Source of the DNA: a virus
Lineage: Duplodnaviria > Caudoviricetes
Strand: one strand, 5' to 3'
Virus record (IMG/VR): IMGVR_UViG_3300025986_000001
Location: 32,001 to 96,000 of that record
DNA: 64,000 bases
Part shown: positions 45,832 to 55,153 of the stretch, piece after piece
Numbering within the stretch: position 1 is the stretch's first letter
How the letters are laid out: each line of letters opens with the position of its first letter
Position numbers and translations under genes: made by a program
The notes under the pieces: generated by a model
Seen by the model: only the letters and a program-made list of their open reading frames with translations
Told to the model about the DNA's origin: nothing
The model's database searches: none

Positions 45832-46071
45832 ATGAAAGATCTGAACGAGAGCCAGCGCGCCCGGCTGGAAGCCGCCGTCGACGAGGTCGACCGGCTGATG
45901 GAGAAGCGCCAGCCGTCGATTCCGGACGAACTTGCCCTGACCGCAGTGATCGACACTTTCGGCATCATAGTGCGCCTGCTGGAGGCCGGTGAGATGATCC
46001 GCATCGAAGTCGTCGCCGAGAACGGCCGAGTGGTGGCCTCGGCCCCGCTCGCGCTCGAACCGGACGCCTGA
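45832..46071 (+). CDS. Hypothetical protein
   Basis: MKDLNESQ. Confidence 0.6.
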   Translation: MKDLNESQRARLEAAVDEVDRLMEKRQPSIPDELALTAVIDTFGIIVRLLEAGEMIRIEVVAENGRVVASAPLALEPDA

Positions 46072-46072
46072 G

Positions 46073-46555
46073 ATGGGCGAGACCCTCCGGTTCGGCTTCG
46101 CCAGCGACTTCCTCAGCAACTTCTATCCGTCGCCGATGAGCTGGTGCCCAGCCCCGGTGGTGGTCCACGAGGAGACGGGGGTCACCGGCATGCAGTACCG
46201 CACCAACGAGCACTTCTTCAACGCCCACAAGACCATCGACCTGAACAGCCGCTGGTATGTGGCCTCGGCTACGACGCCCGCGGAAGCCAAGCGCCGGGGC
46301 CGCGCGGTGCAACTGCGCCCCGGCTGGGACAACTCGGTGCGCTACGAGGTGATGCGGCAGGGGTTGGCGCTGAAGTTCGCCGACCCGGTACTGCGCCGGC
46401 TGCTGCTGGATACCGGCACCGCGGAGCTCGTCGAGCAGACCACCTGGCACGACACCCACTGGGGGATCTGCGTCTGTTCCGCACACGGCGGCCGCGGGCT
46501 GAACCATCTCGGCGCGATGCTGATGCAGTTGCGTGAGCAGCTGCGCGATACGTGA
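46073..46555 (+). CDS. NADAR (YbiA-like) family protein
   Basis: FLSNFYPSP, EHFFNAHK, AKRRGR, LLDTG, DTHWG, GLNHLGAMLMQLR. Confidence 0.9.
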   Translation: MGETLRFGFASDFLSNFYPSPMSWCPAPVVVHEETGVTGMQYRTNEHFFNAHKTIDLNSRWYVASATTPAEAKRRGRAVQLRPGWDNSVRYEVMRQGLALKFADPVLRRLLLDTGTAELVEQTTWHDTHWGICVCSAHGGRGLNHLGAMLMQLREQLRDT

Positions 46556-46595
46556 AAAGTTGCGTCCGGCGGGCCGGGCGGCGTTCCATGGACGA

Positions 46596-46763
46596 ATGGC
46601 TGATGATGCCGACCAGGTTTTGATCTTGCCGCTGGACTGGAACACTGACGAAATGCTGTTCTCCCACGTCGTACGCTGCGCGCGCTGCCGGTTGTCCCGG
46701 CTGCTGCGTTGCCGCCATCGGTACGGAAAGCGCCGGCCACGCGCCGGCGACCCGGGGGAGTAG
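46596..46763 (+). CDS. Small basic Cys protein
   Basis: CARC...CRHRY. Confidence 0.4.
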   Translation: MADDADQVLILPLDWNTDEMLFSHVVRCARCRLSRLLRCRHRYGKRRPRAGDPGE

Positions 46764-46929
46764 CCGCCGCCTCTAACCCCCGAACGCACAGCAGCCCCGG
46801 TCCATGCCGACCGGGGCTGCTGTGCGTTCGGGGGCCGACCGGGGCCGCTCGGACGAGTACCGGCCCAGGATGCACCTCGTTGAGCCCTTACGTTCCCCTG
46901 TCGCACCCTCAACTTCTCTGGGAGAAATC

Positions 46930-47400
46930 GTGAAGTTCACCAAGCGCACCATCGTCGGCGCAACCGCCGGCGCGGTGCTCGCGGCCGGCGCGGCCTACGC
47001 GTTCATTGCCCTGACCGCCCAGGGCACCGCCACCGCAGCGGCCGCCCAGGTGCAGAACCCCACGATCGCGAACATCACCGTGGTGCCGATGCTGCCGGGC
47101 ACGAGCTCGAAGGTCAGCTTCGAGATCAGCAACCCGAACTCGTTCAAGGTCAAGGTGCTGTCGATCAAGCGGACCGGCGCGTACGTCGCCGCCCCGGGCG
47201 CCTGCCAGACCGCCGAGATCAACGGTCCGCTGTCCGCCCTGGACGCCGCGGTCGCACTGCCCGCGCCCGTCACCCTCGACGCCGGCCAGACCAACGTGGC
47301 CATCGAGGTGCCGTCCGCGATCGGCCTGACCGAGGCCTCCACGCAGACCTGTGCGGTCTCCTTCCCGATCCAGGTCGACGCGCTGCAGCAGGGAAACTGA
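46930..47400 (+). CDS. Secreted protein
   Basis: Signal peptide ending AAYA; MLPG...ISNPNSF; Cys pair. Confidence 0.8.
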   Translation: MKFTKRTIVGATAGAVLAAGAAYAFIALTAQGTATAAAAQVQNPTIANITVVPMLPGTSSKVSFEISNPNSFKVKVLSIKRTGAYVAAPGACQTAEINGPLSALDAAVALPAPVTLDAGQTNVAIEVPSAIGLTEASTQTCAVSFPIQVDALQQGN

Positions 47401-47521
47401 TCGGCCGGCTCCTTCCTGGAACCGGCCTACCCGTTACCGCCTGGGCCGCCGCGGGGTTGGGACTGGTGGTATTCGGAACGATCGCCCGCCTACGGGCGCG
47501 GCGCAGATAGAGGGGCAGGGC

Positions 47522-48253
47522 GTGAGCAGCACTATCTACACCACCAAGGACGGCCGGCGAGCCCGCCGTCAGCGCAACTTCAAGCGCCGGTATCCCACCT
47601 GGGTGGTGCTCACGTTCACGCTCGGCGCGGTACTGGTGATCCTGGCGGGGGTCGCCAGTGCCGCCATCGTTCTGCACGGGCGCGGAGTTCTGCGCGCCGC
47701 GCCCGTGCAGAACTCCAGCCTGCAGGTCGGCAACGTGCGGCTCAGCCGAGCACTCCTCCCCGGGAGCACCGCCGACCTGCTGTTCAGCGTGCGGAACCCG
47801 AATGCGTTCGCTGCCCGAATCGACCGGGTAACCCTGGTCGGGGGCCTACGCAAGGCGGCGCCGGCCGGCTGCACCGGCAAGGTGAGGGGACTGGCCGTCA
47901 ACCCGGCCGGCTACCGCCTGCCGCACGCTGATCAGGTGCTCGTCGGTGCCGGCGCGAAGAAGAACGTGGCGGTGCATGCCGCGTTCACGCTGGCCGGTAC
48001 CGCAAAGACCGGTTGTGGTTTCGTCGCCGAGGTCGACGTCAGCGCCACGCAGTTGACGGCACCTATCAGCCCTACGGCGACCAAACCCACGACGGCACCG
48101 ACGAGCACCGGTATGCCGCGGAAGCCGACCACCGCGCCCACGACGACGAAGCCGCCGACCACGTCGCCGACGACGCAGGCGACACCTCCCACCGCCACCC
48201 CCTCAGCCGTCGACTGCGAACTGCAGGTCGACCCCGATTGTGTGACTGCCTAG
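47522..48253 (+). CDS. Membrane-anchored/secreted protein, paralogous to the previous gene, Pro/Thr tail
   Basis: LLPG...VRNPNAF; PTT repeats. Confidence 0.8.
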   Translation: MSSTIYTTKDGRRARRQRNFKRRYPTWVVLTFTLGAVLVILAGVASAAIVLHGRGVLRAAPVQNSSLQVGNVRLSRALLPGSTADLLFSVRNPNAFAARIDRVTLVGGLRKAAPAGCTGKVRGLAVNPAGYRLPHADQVLVGAGAKKNVAVHAAFTLAGTAKTGCGFVAEVDVSATQLTAPISPTATKPTTAPTSTGMPRKPTTAPTTTKPPTTSPTTQATPPTATPSAVDCELQVDPDCVTA

Positions 48254-48284
48254 CGTCGCGGTACGCAGCCGCTATCCTGGTCGG

Positions 48285-48360
48285 TGCGGAGTGGAGCAGC
48301 TCGGAGTGCTCGCTGGGCTCATAACCCAGAGGTCGCGCGGTTCAAATCCCGCCTCCGCCA
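48285..48360 (+). tRNA. Initiator tRNA-fMet (CAT)
   Basis: 1-72 mismatch, three G-C pairs in the anticodon stem. Confidence 0.9.
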
Positions 48361-48361
48361 C

Positions 48362-48400
48362 AAGCAGGGGACCCCACGTCGACGGTGGGGTCCCCTGCTT
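48362..48400 (+). terminator. Intrinsic terminator
   Basis: aagcaggggaccccac / gtggggtcccctgctt. Confidence 0.8.
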
Positions 48401-48529
48401 TCTGTCACACTGAGGCGATGACGGGCATCACGCTAATGCAGTGGATCTGGTACAGCCTTTTCGGACTCTTGTCCGTTGCCGGCGCCGGCGCGCTGGCATT
48501 TCGATCCAACCGCCGCTCGCGCTGAGCTC

Positions 48530-48881
48530 CTAGCTGCCGTCATGCCGCTGCCAGCACTCCAGCAGGGCCACGGCAGCCTGATCATCCTTGCGCAGCAGGG
48601 CCTCGGCGTACTCCACAAGACGTTCGCGCCGGATGTGGTACCAGCCGTCGGAAGGCGATCCCGCCATGACGAGCAGCGCCTCGTCGTCCCACCAGCCGAA
48701 GGCCATCGCACGATCGGAGGATCCGTTCTCGTCGGCCTCGGCATCCAGCTGCCATACCTGCTTGGCGTACTCCACCATGCAGGCGCGAATCGCCGCCGGC
48801 CACGGGGGCGTCAACGATTGACGACCATACAAGGTAAAGATCGTCTCGGTCTCGCGATGCCCGCACGATTGCCTGGCCCAT
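48530..48881 (-). pseudogene. Hypothetical gene apparently split by a frameshift near 48790
   Basis: RBS-led N-terminus (MGQAIV) and the likely C-terminus (ADENGSS...GWWDD) are in different frames. Confidence 0.5.
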
Positions 48882-48898
48882 GTTCTCCTCCTGGTTGA

Positions 48899-49384
48899 TT
48901 ACTTCAACTCGGCACGGATCAGCGCGAGGGCGTGTTCGACCGTAGCCACGAGCGTGTCACACACGGGTGCCCCGTGCCGCTTGGCGACCCAGATCAGGTA
49001 CCGGTTGCGCTCCGGATTCGGGCAATCCGCCGGGCAACCGAGAACGACCTTTCCGGATCGCACATACAGCCCGAACTCGACGTTGGTGGTGAAGCCGGGC
49101 AGCGTGGCAATGTCGCGGGGTATCCAGAATAGAATCGCCCAGGCACGGTCGAGGCCAGCGGTTTCCCAGTCGACCTGGTCGTGATACTCCGCGGCCCGCT
49201 TGCCGCCCCGCGACTCCGGGGTCAGCACGGCGAGTGGCTCCACCCTGGTCCAGGCCGTGGCGATCGTGGCGATAGCTCCGGCACGCCAGGACGGCATTGT
49301 CTCCGCGCGGGGAGTCGGTCCTGCGAGGAACACGGACGGCCCGGCGGGGATGGGCTCGCGAGCCCAGACAACGGTGACGGTCAC
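48899..49384 (-). CDS. Nucleoside 2-deoxyribosyltransferase-like protein
   Basis: VFLAGPTPR, QVDWE, ILFWIPR, GFTTNVEFG. Confidence 0.85.
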   Translation of the reverse strand: MTVTVVWAREPIPAGPSVFLAGPTPRAETMPSWRAGAIATIATAWTRVEPLAVLTPESRGGKRAAEYHDQVDWETAGLDRAWAILFWIPRDIATLPGFTTNVEFGLYVRSGKVVLGCPADCPNPERNRYLIWVAKRHGAPVCDTLVATVEHALALIRAELK

Positions 49385-49743
49385 GCCGCACCCCCGGCGA
49401 GCTGCTGCGGGGTCCAGGGGAGGCGCAGGCCATCGGCGGCGCGGCGGGGGACGACGTGGAGGTGAAGGTGGAAAACACTCTGGGTGGCTTCGGCACCCTT
49501 GGAGGTGATGACGTTCGCCGCGGGCATCTCCGCTACTAGCTCGGCGGCGCGGGCCATTGTCTGGGCGGACACCTCGGGACGCTCGCCAACGTCGGCCACG
49601 TGGGTGCGCGGGATGACTAGTATGTGGCCAGGGTTGACGCCTCCACGTGGCCTGATCGCAACGGTGTCGCCCCACTCCCGGATCACGGCCGCCGGTGCCC
49701 GGCCTTGCACAATCGCACAGAAAACGCAGTCCTCGGGGTTCAC
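49381..49743 (-). CDS. HIT family hydrolase
   Basis: CVFCAI, GHILVIPR, VFHLHLHVVPR. Confidence 0.9.
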   Translation of the reverse strand: MNPEDCVFCAIVQGRAPAAVIREWGDTVAIRPRGGVNPGHILVIPRTHVADVGERPEVSAQTMARAAELVAEMPAANVITSKGAEATQSVFHLHLHVVPRRAADGLRLPWTPQQLAGGAA

Positions 49744-49778
49744 TGGATGACCTTCCTGGGTCGATAACATCCGTTCGG

Positions 49779-50777
49779 TCAACTACGGTCGAACGCGCTC
49801 GGCTGTGCTACCGCGGCTGCGACCAGCAGCGACGGGTCGCTTTCCAAGGCCGAGTCGTTCTGGTCGTAGCGCCGGGTGGTTCGCGGGTCCTTGTGGCCCA
49901 TTGCCCACTGCCGGTCCTCCAGCTGCGCGCCGCGCCGGCGCGCCATCCCGTTCCAGGCGTGCCGGAAGCTGTGCGGCGTGATCTTGTTGGCGTTCGGCAG
50001 TCCTGCCTTGTGCGCGAGCCGGCGCACAAACCGGTAGACATCGTGCCGGTCCATCGTGAAACCCTCCTCGGTGACGAACAGCGGCCCGCGCAGATCCTCC
50101 ACGTCGCAGTCGTCGCAGGCGGCCCGCCACAGCAGATACCGCTCGATCAGCGGCACCAGTGGCGGCGGGATGACCCGGATCCGGTCCCGGCCACCCTTCA
50201 TTGCTCGCATCCGCACGATCCGGTAGCCGCGGTCCCAGCCCAGATCCTCCACCGTGACCTTCGTGGTCTCGCTGGCCCGCGTGCCCAGCTCCACCAGCCA
50301 CGTCGCCAGCGGCTCGGCCACCGGCCCGATCCAGCGGTCCCGCTCGCGGGCCGCCGCGAGCATCGCCGCGGCCTCCTCGTGCGTGAACGACACGGTGGGG
50401 GAGAAGTCCCGGTCCACCTTCGGCCGGTCCGCGGCCGCCGCCGGGTTCGCCGGCACCGCGGCCAGCTTCACCAGGAACGCGTACCAGCTGGAGACCGCCG
50501 ACATCTTCCGCGACACCGTGCTGGCCGACGCCGGCCGCCCTGAATCCGGCGCCTCCAGCGCCCGGCCCCAGTCGTTGACGTCCGGCCAGCCGGCCCGCAG
50601 CGGATCCACGCCGCGTTCGGCGCACCAGGCCAGCCACTGGTTGACGTCGCGCCGGTACGCCTCGCGGGTGTTCGCCGCGAAGCGGCGGTTGAGCAGCCAC
50701 CGCTCGGTGAACTCCACCAGCGGATCGTGCTCGACGAGCTCACCCTCGACGGGCTCGAGCATCTCGATCTCGGTCAC
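49779..50777 (-). CDS. Tyrosine recombinase, XerC/D-like
   Basis: SAM-like N-terminus; GTRASE, MKGG, HSFRH, MGH, RRY catalytic residues. Confidence 0.92.
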   Translation of the reverse strand: MTEIEMLEPVEGELVEHDPLVEFTERWLLNRRFAANTREAYRRDVNQWLAWCAERGVDPLRAGWPDVNDWGRALEAPDSGRPASASTVSRKMSAVSSWYAFLVKLAAVPANPAAAADRPKVDRDFSPTVSFTHEEAAAMLAAARERDRWIGPVAEPLATWLVELGTRASETTKVTVEDLGWDRGYRIVRMRAMKGGRDRIRVIPPPLVPLIERYLLWRAACDDCDVEDLRGPLFVTEEGFTMDRHDVYRFVRRLAHKAGLPNANKITPHSFRHAWNGMARRRGAQLEDRQWAMGHKDPRTTRRYDQNDSALESDPSLLVAAAVAQPSAFDRS

Positions 50778-50923
50778 GACAGCACCTCCAGCAGGAACAT
50801 CAGCGTGACGCCGGCCAGCATCCCCGCCAGGAAGATTTCCCACCGGCTGTACTCCTCGTCGAGCCAATCGAACTCGCGATCGCCGTGCTCGTAGACCTCT
50901 CGCGACTCGGGGACCTCAGTCAT
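50774..50923 (-). CDS. 49-aa membrane peptide
   Basis: Coupled on both sides, C-terminal TM. Confidence 0.5.
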   Translation of the reverse strand: MTEVPESREVYEHGDREFDWLDEEYSRWEIFLAGMLAGVTLMFLLEVLS

Positions 50924-51230
50924 CACAAGCACCTCTCAGCGGTGTGGGCCAACCTCTCTCCTGGCGCATCGCCGCCGTCATCTGAGCCGCGGCCATCTGG
51001 TCGGCGTCGATACCCAGGTGGCTGCAGTGCTCCAGCACGGCGCGCACCGCGCTGACCACCGCGAAGTTAGGCAGCTCGTCCGACTCGATGCAGGCCGAGC
51101 ACATGGTTACGCAGAAGACGCCGACCGGCGAACCGACCGTGCACACCCTCAGGCCCTGCTTGGCGGTCCCCCGGCAGCAGATGCAGCTCGAGTCGAGCGG
51201 GCAGCCGCTGACGTCATCAAGGTCGATCAC
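50916..51230 (-). CDS. Cys-rich hypothetical protein
   Basis: GGAGG RBS. Confidence 0.6.
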   Translation of the reverse strand: MIDLDDVSGCPLDSSCICCRGTAKQGLRVCTVGSPVGVFCVTMCSACIESDELPNFAVVSAVRAVLEHCSHLGIDADQMAAAQMTAAMRQERGWPTPLRGACDD

Positions 51231-51460
51231 GGTGTCACCTCCGGCCAGCGATTCGCGCAGCCCGGCCGGCGGCAGCGCACCGCGGGCGGGATGCGCTCGG
51301 CCTCGACCAGCCGCTCCTGCAGGATGATGTCGTTGTCGCACGCCGCGCGCTGGTCGTCCCCGGCGACGTGTACCTTCTTCGGCGCGTAGACGTCCGGCCG
51401 GTTGTAGGCGCTGGCATCGCGCCGGCCGGCCATCACGATGCGCGCGTTCGTTGTGTCCAC
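51227..51460 (-). CDS. Hypothetical protein
   Basis: AAGGAG RBS. Confidence 0.6.
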   Translation of the reverse strand: MDTTNARIVMAGRRDASAYNRPDVYAPKKVHVAGDDQRAACDNDIILQERLVEAERIPPAVRCRRPGCANRWPEVTP

Positions 51461-51867
51461 CGTTTCTCCTTGGCTGCTGTGAACAACGGTTCGAGCTGTT
51501 CGATCGTGAGCCCGCCGGCCATGCATCCCCTGTCCAGCCAGGGCTCACCACAGAAGCAGTTGTAGGCGCCGAACGCGTTGCCGACCTGCGAGCAGCCGTG
51601 CTCGAACAGCGGGATCCGACGAAACTGCCGGCACGTCGGGTCGCCATCGGCGTAGACGTAGGTATTGCGGACGTGTACGCCGAAGTGATCAAGGCAGGTG
51701 CCGACCACCGGCGACTCGGCCTCGATCAGCTCCCAGCACGGGTCGCAGCAGCCGCGCGCCATTTCACGCAGCACCTGCTTCCTGAGCAGCCTGAAGTCGC
51801 CCTCGCACCAGTAGTTGCAGACCCGGCAGGAATGCGCGGACTTGAAGAGCGGCTCCCCGGCGGTCAT
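51433..51867 (-). CDS. Cys-rich hypothetical protein
   Basis: Coupled start. Confidence 0.6.
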   Translation of the reverse strand: MTAGEPLFKSAHSCRVCNYWCEGDFRLLRKQVLREMARGCCDPCWELIEAESPVVGTCLDHFGVHVRNTYVYADGDPTCRQFRRIPLFEHGCSQVGNAFGAYNCFCGEPWLDRGCMAGGLTIEQLEPLFTAAKEKRWTQRTRAS

Positions 51868-52241
51868 GAGCCTTCCTCGACAAGCGGCCCGCGGTTGTAG
51901 ACCAGCCAGTCCCAGTGCGCCTCGCCGCCATATCCATCGCTCCACATGGAGTTGTCTGCGGTCATCGAACGCCACTCGCGGCCGTCCTTAGTCCGAACGG
52001 ACCGGATATGCGCGCCGGGTGGATCGGGCATGCTCCACCGCTCAGGCTGGCGCTCCCGCGAGCAGGCCAACACCGTGATCTCGCCCTTGACGGTCAGTAC
52101 CCAGTCGTGCCCACGAAACGGCACCCCGCACGGGCACGGGGTCATATCGACCTGAACGAGCCTCCTTCGCGATTCGATATGTGCGAACCGCGAGGGAACC
52201 TCGGCGTCGGGGTGAAGCAGTAACATTTCCGTGAACATCAT
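51864..52241 (-). CDS. Hypothetical protein
   Basis: GAGGAG RBS. Confidence 0.6.
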   Translation of the reverse strand: MMFTEMLLLHPDAEVPSRFAHIESRRRLVQVDMTPCPCGVPFRGHDWVLTVKGEITVLACSRERQPERWSMPDPPGAHIRSVRTKDGREWRSMTADNSMWSDGYGGEAHWDWLVYNRGPLVEEGS

Positions 52242-52528
52242 CACTCCTCGATCTGGCTGCAGGAACACTGGCCGCCGCAGCACTCGCCGCGACAGTCGTA
52301 CTCTTCGCAGCAGCACCAGCCGCGTGGCACCGAGTCGTCGGAGCGGCGGAAACAGCCGCGCCACAGGCACTGCGCGACGTCGCCGTCCCACTCGACAGTG
52401 CCGGCAGCGGGGAAGCGGTCCCACGGGTGCTTGACCGGACAGACCCAGAACTTGAGCTGGATCTTCCCGCTGCTGATCGCCTTGTCGATTTCCGCGATCG
52501 CCTCGTCGAACTCCCGGTCGCTCATCAT
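52241..52528 (-). CDS. Cys-rich hypothetical protein
   Basis: MMSDREF start. Confidence 0.6.
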   Translation of the reverse strand: MMSDREFDEAIAEIDKAISSGKIQLKFWVCPVKHPWDRFPAAGTVEWDGDVAQCLWRGCFRRSDDSVPRGWCCCEEYDCRGECCGGQCSCSQIEE

Positions 52529-52980
52529 CAAATCTCCTCGGCTGCGCGAATTATTACGAAGGAGCCGGGGACGAAAATCAGCTCAATCCTGCCTAGGTAG
52601 ACATGTACATGGCCGGAGGAGTCCGTTCCGGTACCAGTAATCAATTCCCACCCGCCGTCAACAATCGTCTCGTTTCCGACAGCAAGATTCTCGGCCGGGA
52701 TCGAGATCCAGGAGTCATCCCGATTCAACTCCTGGCCGAGCTTGCTGGCCTTTTCCCGAGCTGATATCCACAAGGCGCGAAACTCGTCAAGGTCTCCGCC
52801 GAGCGCCAAGACAATCTTGGCGGCGATCGGCCACGACGGGATGGTCCTCCCCTTGACAGTGCGGTTGACCGTGTCGTGACTGACTTGTCCGATGCGGCTC
52901 GCGACAGCCCTACTGCTGGGTGCGCCGGCCTTCAGGTGAAGCGCGGTGATTGCCTCGCCGAACTCCCGGTCGCTCATCAC
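52528..52980 (-). CDS. XRE-like HTH protein
   Basis: AGAPSSRAVA...VSHDTV...GRTIPSW. Confidence 0.7.
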   Translation of the reverse strand: MMSDREFGEAITALHLKAGAPSSRAVASRIGQVSHDTVNRTVKGRTIPSWPIAAKIVLALGGDLDEFRALWISAREKASKLGQELNRDDSWISIPAENLAVGNETIVDGGWELITGTGTDSSGHVHVYLGRIELIFVPGSFVIIRAAEEI

Positions 52981-53273
52981 TGGGGTCGGACCTCGAAGGA
53001 GACGCCGGCGGGAAGGCCCGGCGAGAGCCAGGAAACACCCTGCATGGCCACCCAGGACCTGACCTCCACGTAGCCCAGCTCGGCTAGCGCTTCCCGGACG
53101 GCGTCGACATCCTCACGGGCCAGTTCGCGACCGCGAGCGCCGATGTTGAAGACGCCGCCGGCGTACGCCTTGACGAGGAGATCGCCGTCGACGACCTCGG
53201 AGCATTGTTGGCCTTCCTGGAAGCTGCGCCGCAGCAGGCGCCGCAGGGCCTGAGTCAGCTCCTTGTCAGTCAT
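52977..53273 (-). CDS. Hypothetical protein
   Basis: Coupled. Confidence 0.6.
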   Translation of the reverse strand: MTDKELTQALRRLLRRSFQEGQQCSEVVDGDLLVKAYAGGVFNIGARGRELAREDVDAVREALAELGYVEVRSWVAMQGVSWLSPGLPAGVSFEVRPQ

Positions 53274-53494
53274 CGCTCCTCGATCCAAATTTTCTTGACG
53301 TCGGCCCAGCGCAGCGCCGACAAACTGCCGTCATTTGCGCGGAACCTCAGCCGCCCCTCCAAGGGCATATCGCCCTCGTCGAACCCGCGAATGTTGTCCT
53401 CGACCTGGTCGCGCAACCAGTCGGGGACCCCGGAAAGCCGCATCACTACCGCCTTTCCGTTTCTGCTCGTCTCGACCGCGACGACGAACGGCAT
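53270..53494 (-). CDS. Hypothetical protein
   Basis: GAGGAG RBS. Confidence 0.6.
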   Translation of the reverse strand: MPFVVAVETSRNGKAVVMRLSGVPDWLRDQVEDNIRGFDEGDMPLEGRLRFRANDGSLSALRWADVKKIWIEER

Positions 53495-53496
53495 GA

Positions 53497-53802
53497 TCAG
53501 CGCTCCTCCTCGATCCAGAGGCTGTCGATCTCGCTGAGTGCTTCGGACCAGGTCACGATCTTTCCGGCCTCGGTCCAGCTGCCGTACCGGATCGCCCGGC
53601 CGTTCTCGTCGAAGTCGACTCGGCGAATCAGGATCTCGATGTCGCGCTCACCGGAAGACCGTAGCTGCGCCGCCTTCGCCTTGGCTGACTCGCGAGTGAA
53701 TCCCTTAGTCGGGTCCCGCAGGTCGTCGCCGTCGGCCAGCTGAACTTCGCCGTCGATACCGGCGGCCCACAGAATTCGGGACTCGGCCACGCTCTGGGAC
53801 AT
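53497..53802 (-). CDS. Hypothetical protein
   Basis: In operon. Confidence 0.65.
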   Translation of the reverse strand: MSQSVAESRILWAAGIDGEVQLADGDDLRDPTKGFTRESAKAKAAQLRSSGERDIEILIRRVDFDENGRAIRYGSWTEAGKIVTWSEALSEIDSLWIEEER

Positions 53803-53804
53803 GA

Positions 53805-54023
53805 TCAGCCCTGCTTCTGGATCTCGGTGATGCGCTCGGAGATCGTCGCGAACTCCTTCGGCGAGTCGATCGAGATCGTCAGCTCCCAGCGCTTGTCGAA
53901 GCGCAGGTCGAGCTTGTTCAGCCGCGCGTCCATAGCCGACACTTCCAGCTTGTCCCGAAGCGCGATGAGTTCGTCACGTTCGGGGTGACGGATGACGATC
54001 TGGATGGCCCAGTCGGTCTTCAT
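53805..54023 (-). CDS. Hypothetical protein
   Basis: AAGGAA RBS, MKTDWAI. Confidence 0.65.
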   Translation of the reverse strand: MKTDWAIQIVIRHPERDELIALRDKLEVSAMDARLNKLDLRFDKRWELTISIDSPKEFATISERITEIQKQG

Positions 54024-54320
54024 GACGGTTTGGTTCCTTTCGTTGATCAGCCGTCGGCTGACGGCAAAAAGCACTCTACCACGTGCATAACCGGAATTAT
54101 GCGGCTCGTCTAGGCGGGTCTTACAGGGCTCGGCGTACGCTGCCGTCATGCCGTACTGGACACCTATCCATGACCTGATCTTCGCTGTGATGCCGCCAGT
54201 CGAGGTTCGCATTACGCCGACCGGCGCGCTCTGCGTCCTCCTCATCACCGTCGGGGTGATCGGCGAGCTGCTGCAGTGGCGCCGCCACTGAGTCGCACCA
54301 GACTGCTACGCTGCTGCACG

Positions 54321-54346
54321 ACCAAGCCCCGCCTCCGCGGGCATGA
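54321..54346 (+). promoter_or_regulatory. CCAAG-CCCGC-N4/5-GCGGG-CATGA motif; also at 54765, 55124, 58070, 58750
   Basis: Five copies, four directly upstream of plus-strand genes. Confidence 0.7.
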
Positions 54347-54371
54347 AAGATCGAAATCGAAAGGGAAAACG

Positions 54372-54755
54372 ATGACTCAGCAACACCTGCCCGCCGGCCG
54401 GATCAACCCGGTGACCTACGCACCCATGCCGGCCGAGACGAAGACCGTCTATCGGGTCGCCTTCTACGACGCCGACCACAAGTTGGTCAAGCACCAGGAG
54501 GGGTGGCCGTCGGAAGACAACCCGAACCTGCAGATGACCGCCGACATCAGCGCGGCATCCCACATGGGCTCCATGGGTGCCGGCACCGTCGTCGTCTGGG
54601 ACAACGTCGATATCGTGCCTCCGACTCGCCTCCCGGAACTGGCTGGGGCGAGCAAGGTTGCCTGGCGCGAATTCGGCCCGAACGCTCCGGCCGTACCGGA
54701 GTACCGCTGCGAGGTTGACTCGGAGAGTCGCACCGTCCTGATGTTCCCGAAGTAG
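54372..54755 (+). CDS. Hypothetical protein
   Basis: AAGGG RBS after motif. Confidence 0.7.
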   Translation: MTQQHLPAGRINPVTYAPMPAETKTVYRVAFYDADHKLVKHQEGWPSEDNPNLQMTADISAASHMGSMGAGTVVVWDNVDIVPPTRLPELAGASKVAWREFGPNAPAVPEYRCEVDSESRTVLMFPK

Positions 54756-54809
54756 TCCAGCCTGACCAAGTCCCGCAGCCGCGGGCATGAACCATGACAG
54801 GAGTAGCCC

Positions 54810-55070
54810 ATGATTACCCGAGGCCAGGTTCTCGACGCGTACGACCGGATAACCAAACGGCCAGGTGCAACCGTGCGGGTCTGGCATTTGCGCGAAGAGA
54901 TGGGCTGGCCGGCCCATCTCGACCAGGTGCTGGTAGAGATGCATAAGGTCGGCCTGATCGTCCTGTCGGACGACCAGTACGGCATGAGTGACGCTGAGCG
55001 TGACGCCGCGGTCAACCTGGACGGCCAGGACATGCACCTGATGCTCCTCGGTGTCCACGGCGATAAGTAG
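54810..55070 (+). CDS. Small winged-helix-like protein
   Basis: LREEMG...LDQVLVEM...ERDAAV. Confidence 0.7.
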   Translation: MITRGQVLDAYDRITKRPGATVRVWHLREEMGWPAHLDQVLVEMHKVGLIVLSDDQYGMSDAERDAAVNLDGQDMHLMLLGVHGDK

Positions 55071-55153
55071 GAACCCGGTTTTGAGCGCCCTGCCGGTTTA
55101 CCCGTACGAGGCCAGTAATCTGGCCCAAGACCCGCCGCGCGCGGGCATGATCA

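Noticed and set aside
52508-52979. 21-bp direct repeat encoding MMSDREF at two gene starts
   Set aside because: Real but only two copies; most simply a local duplication of a translation start.
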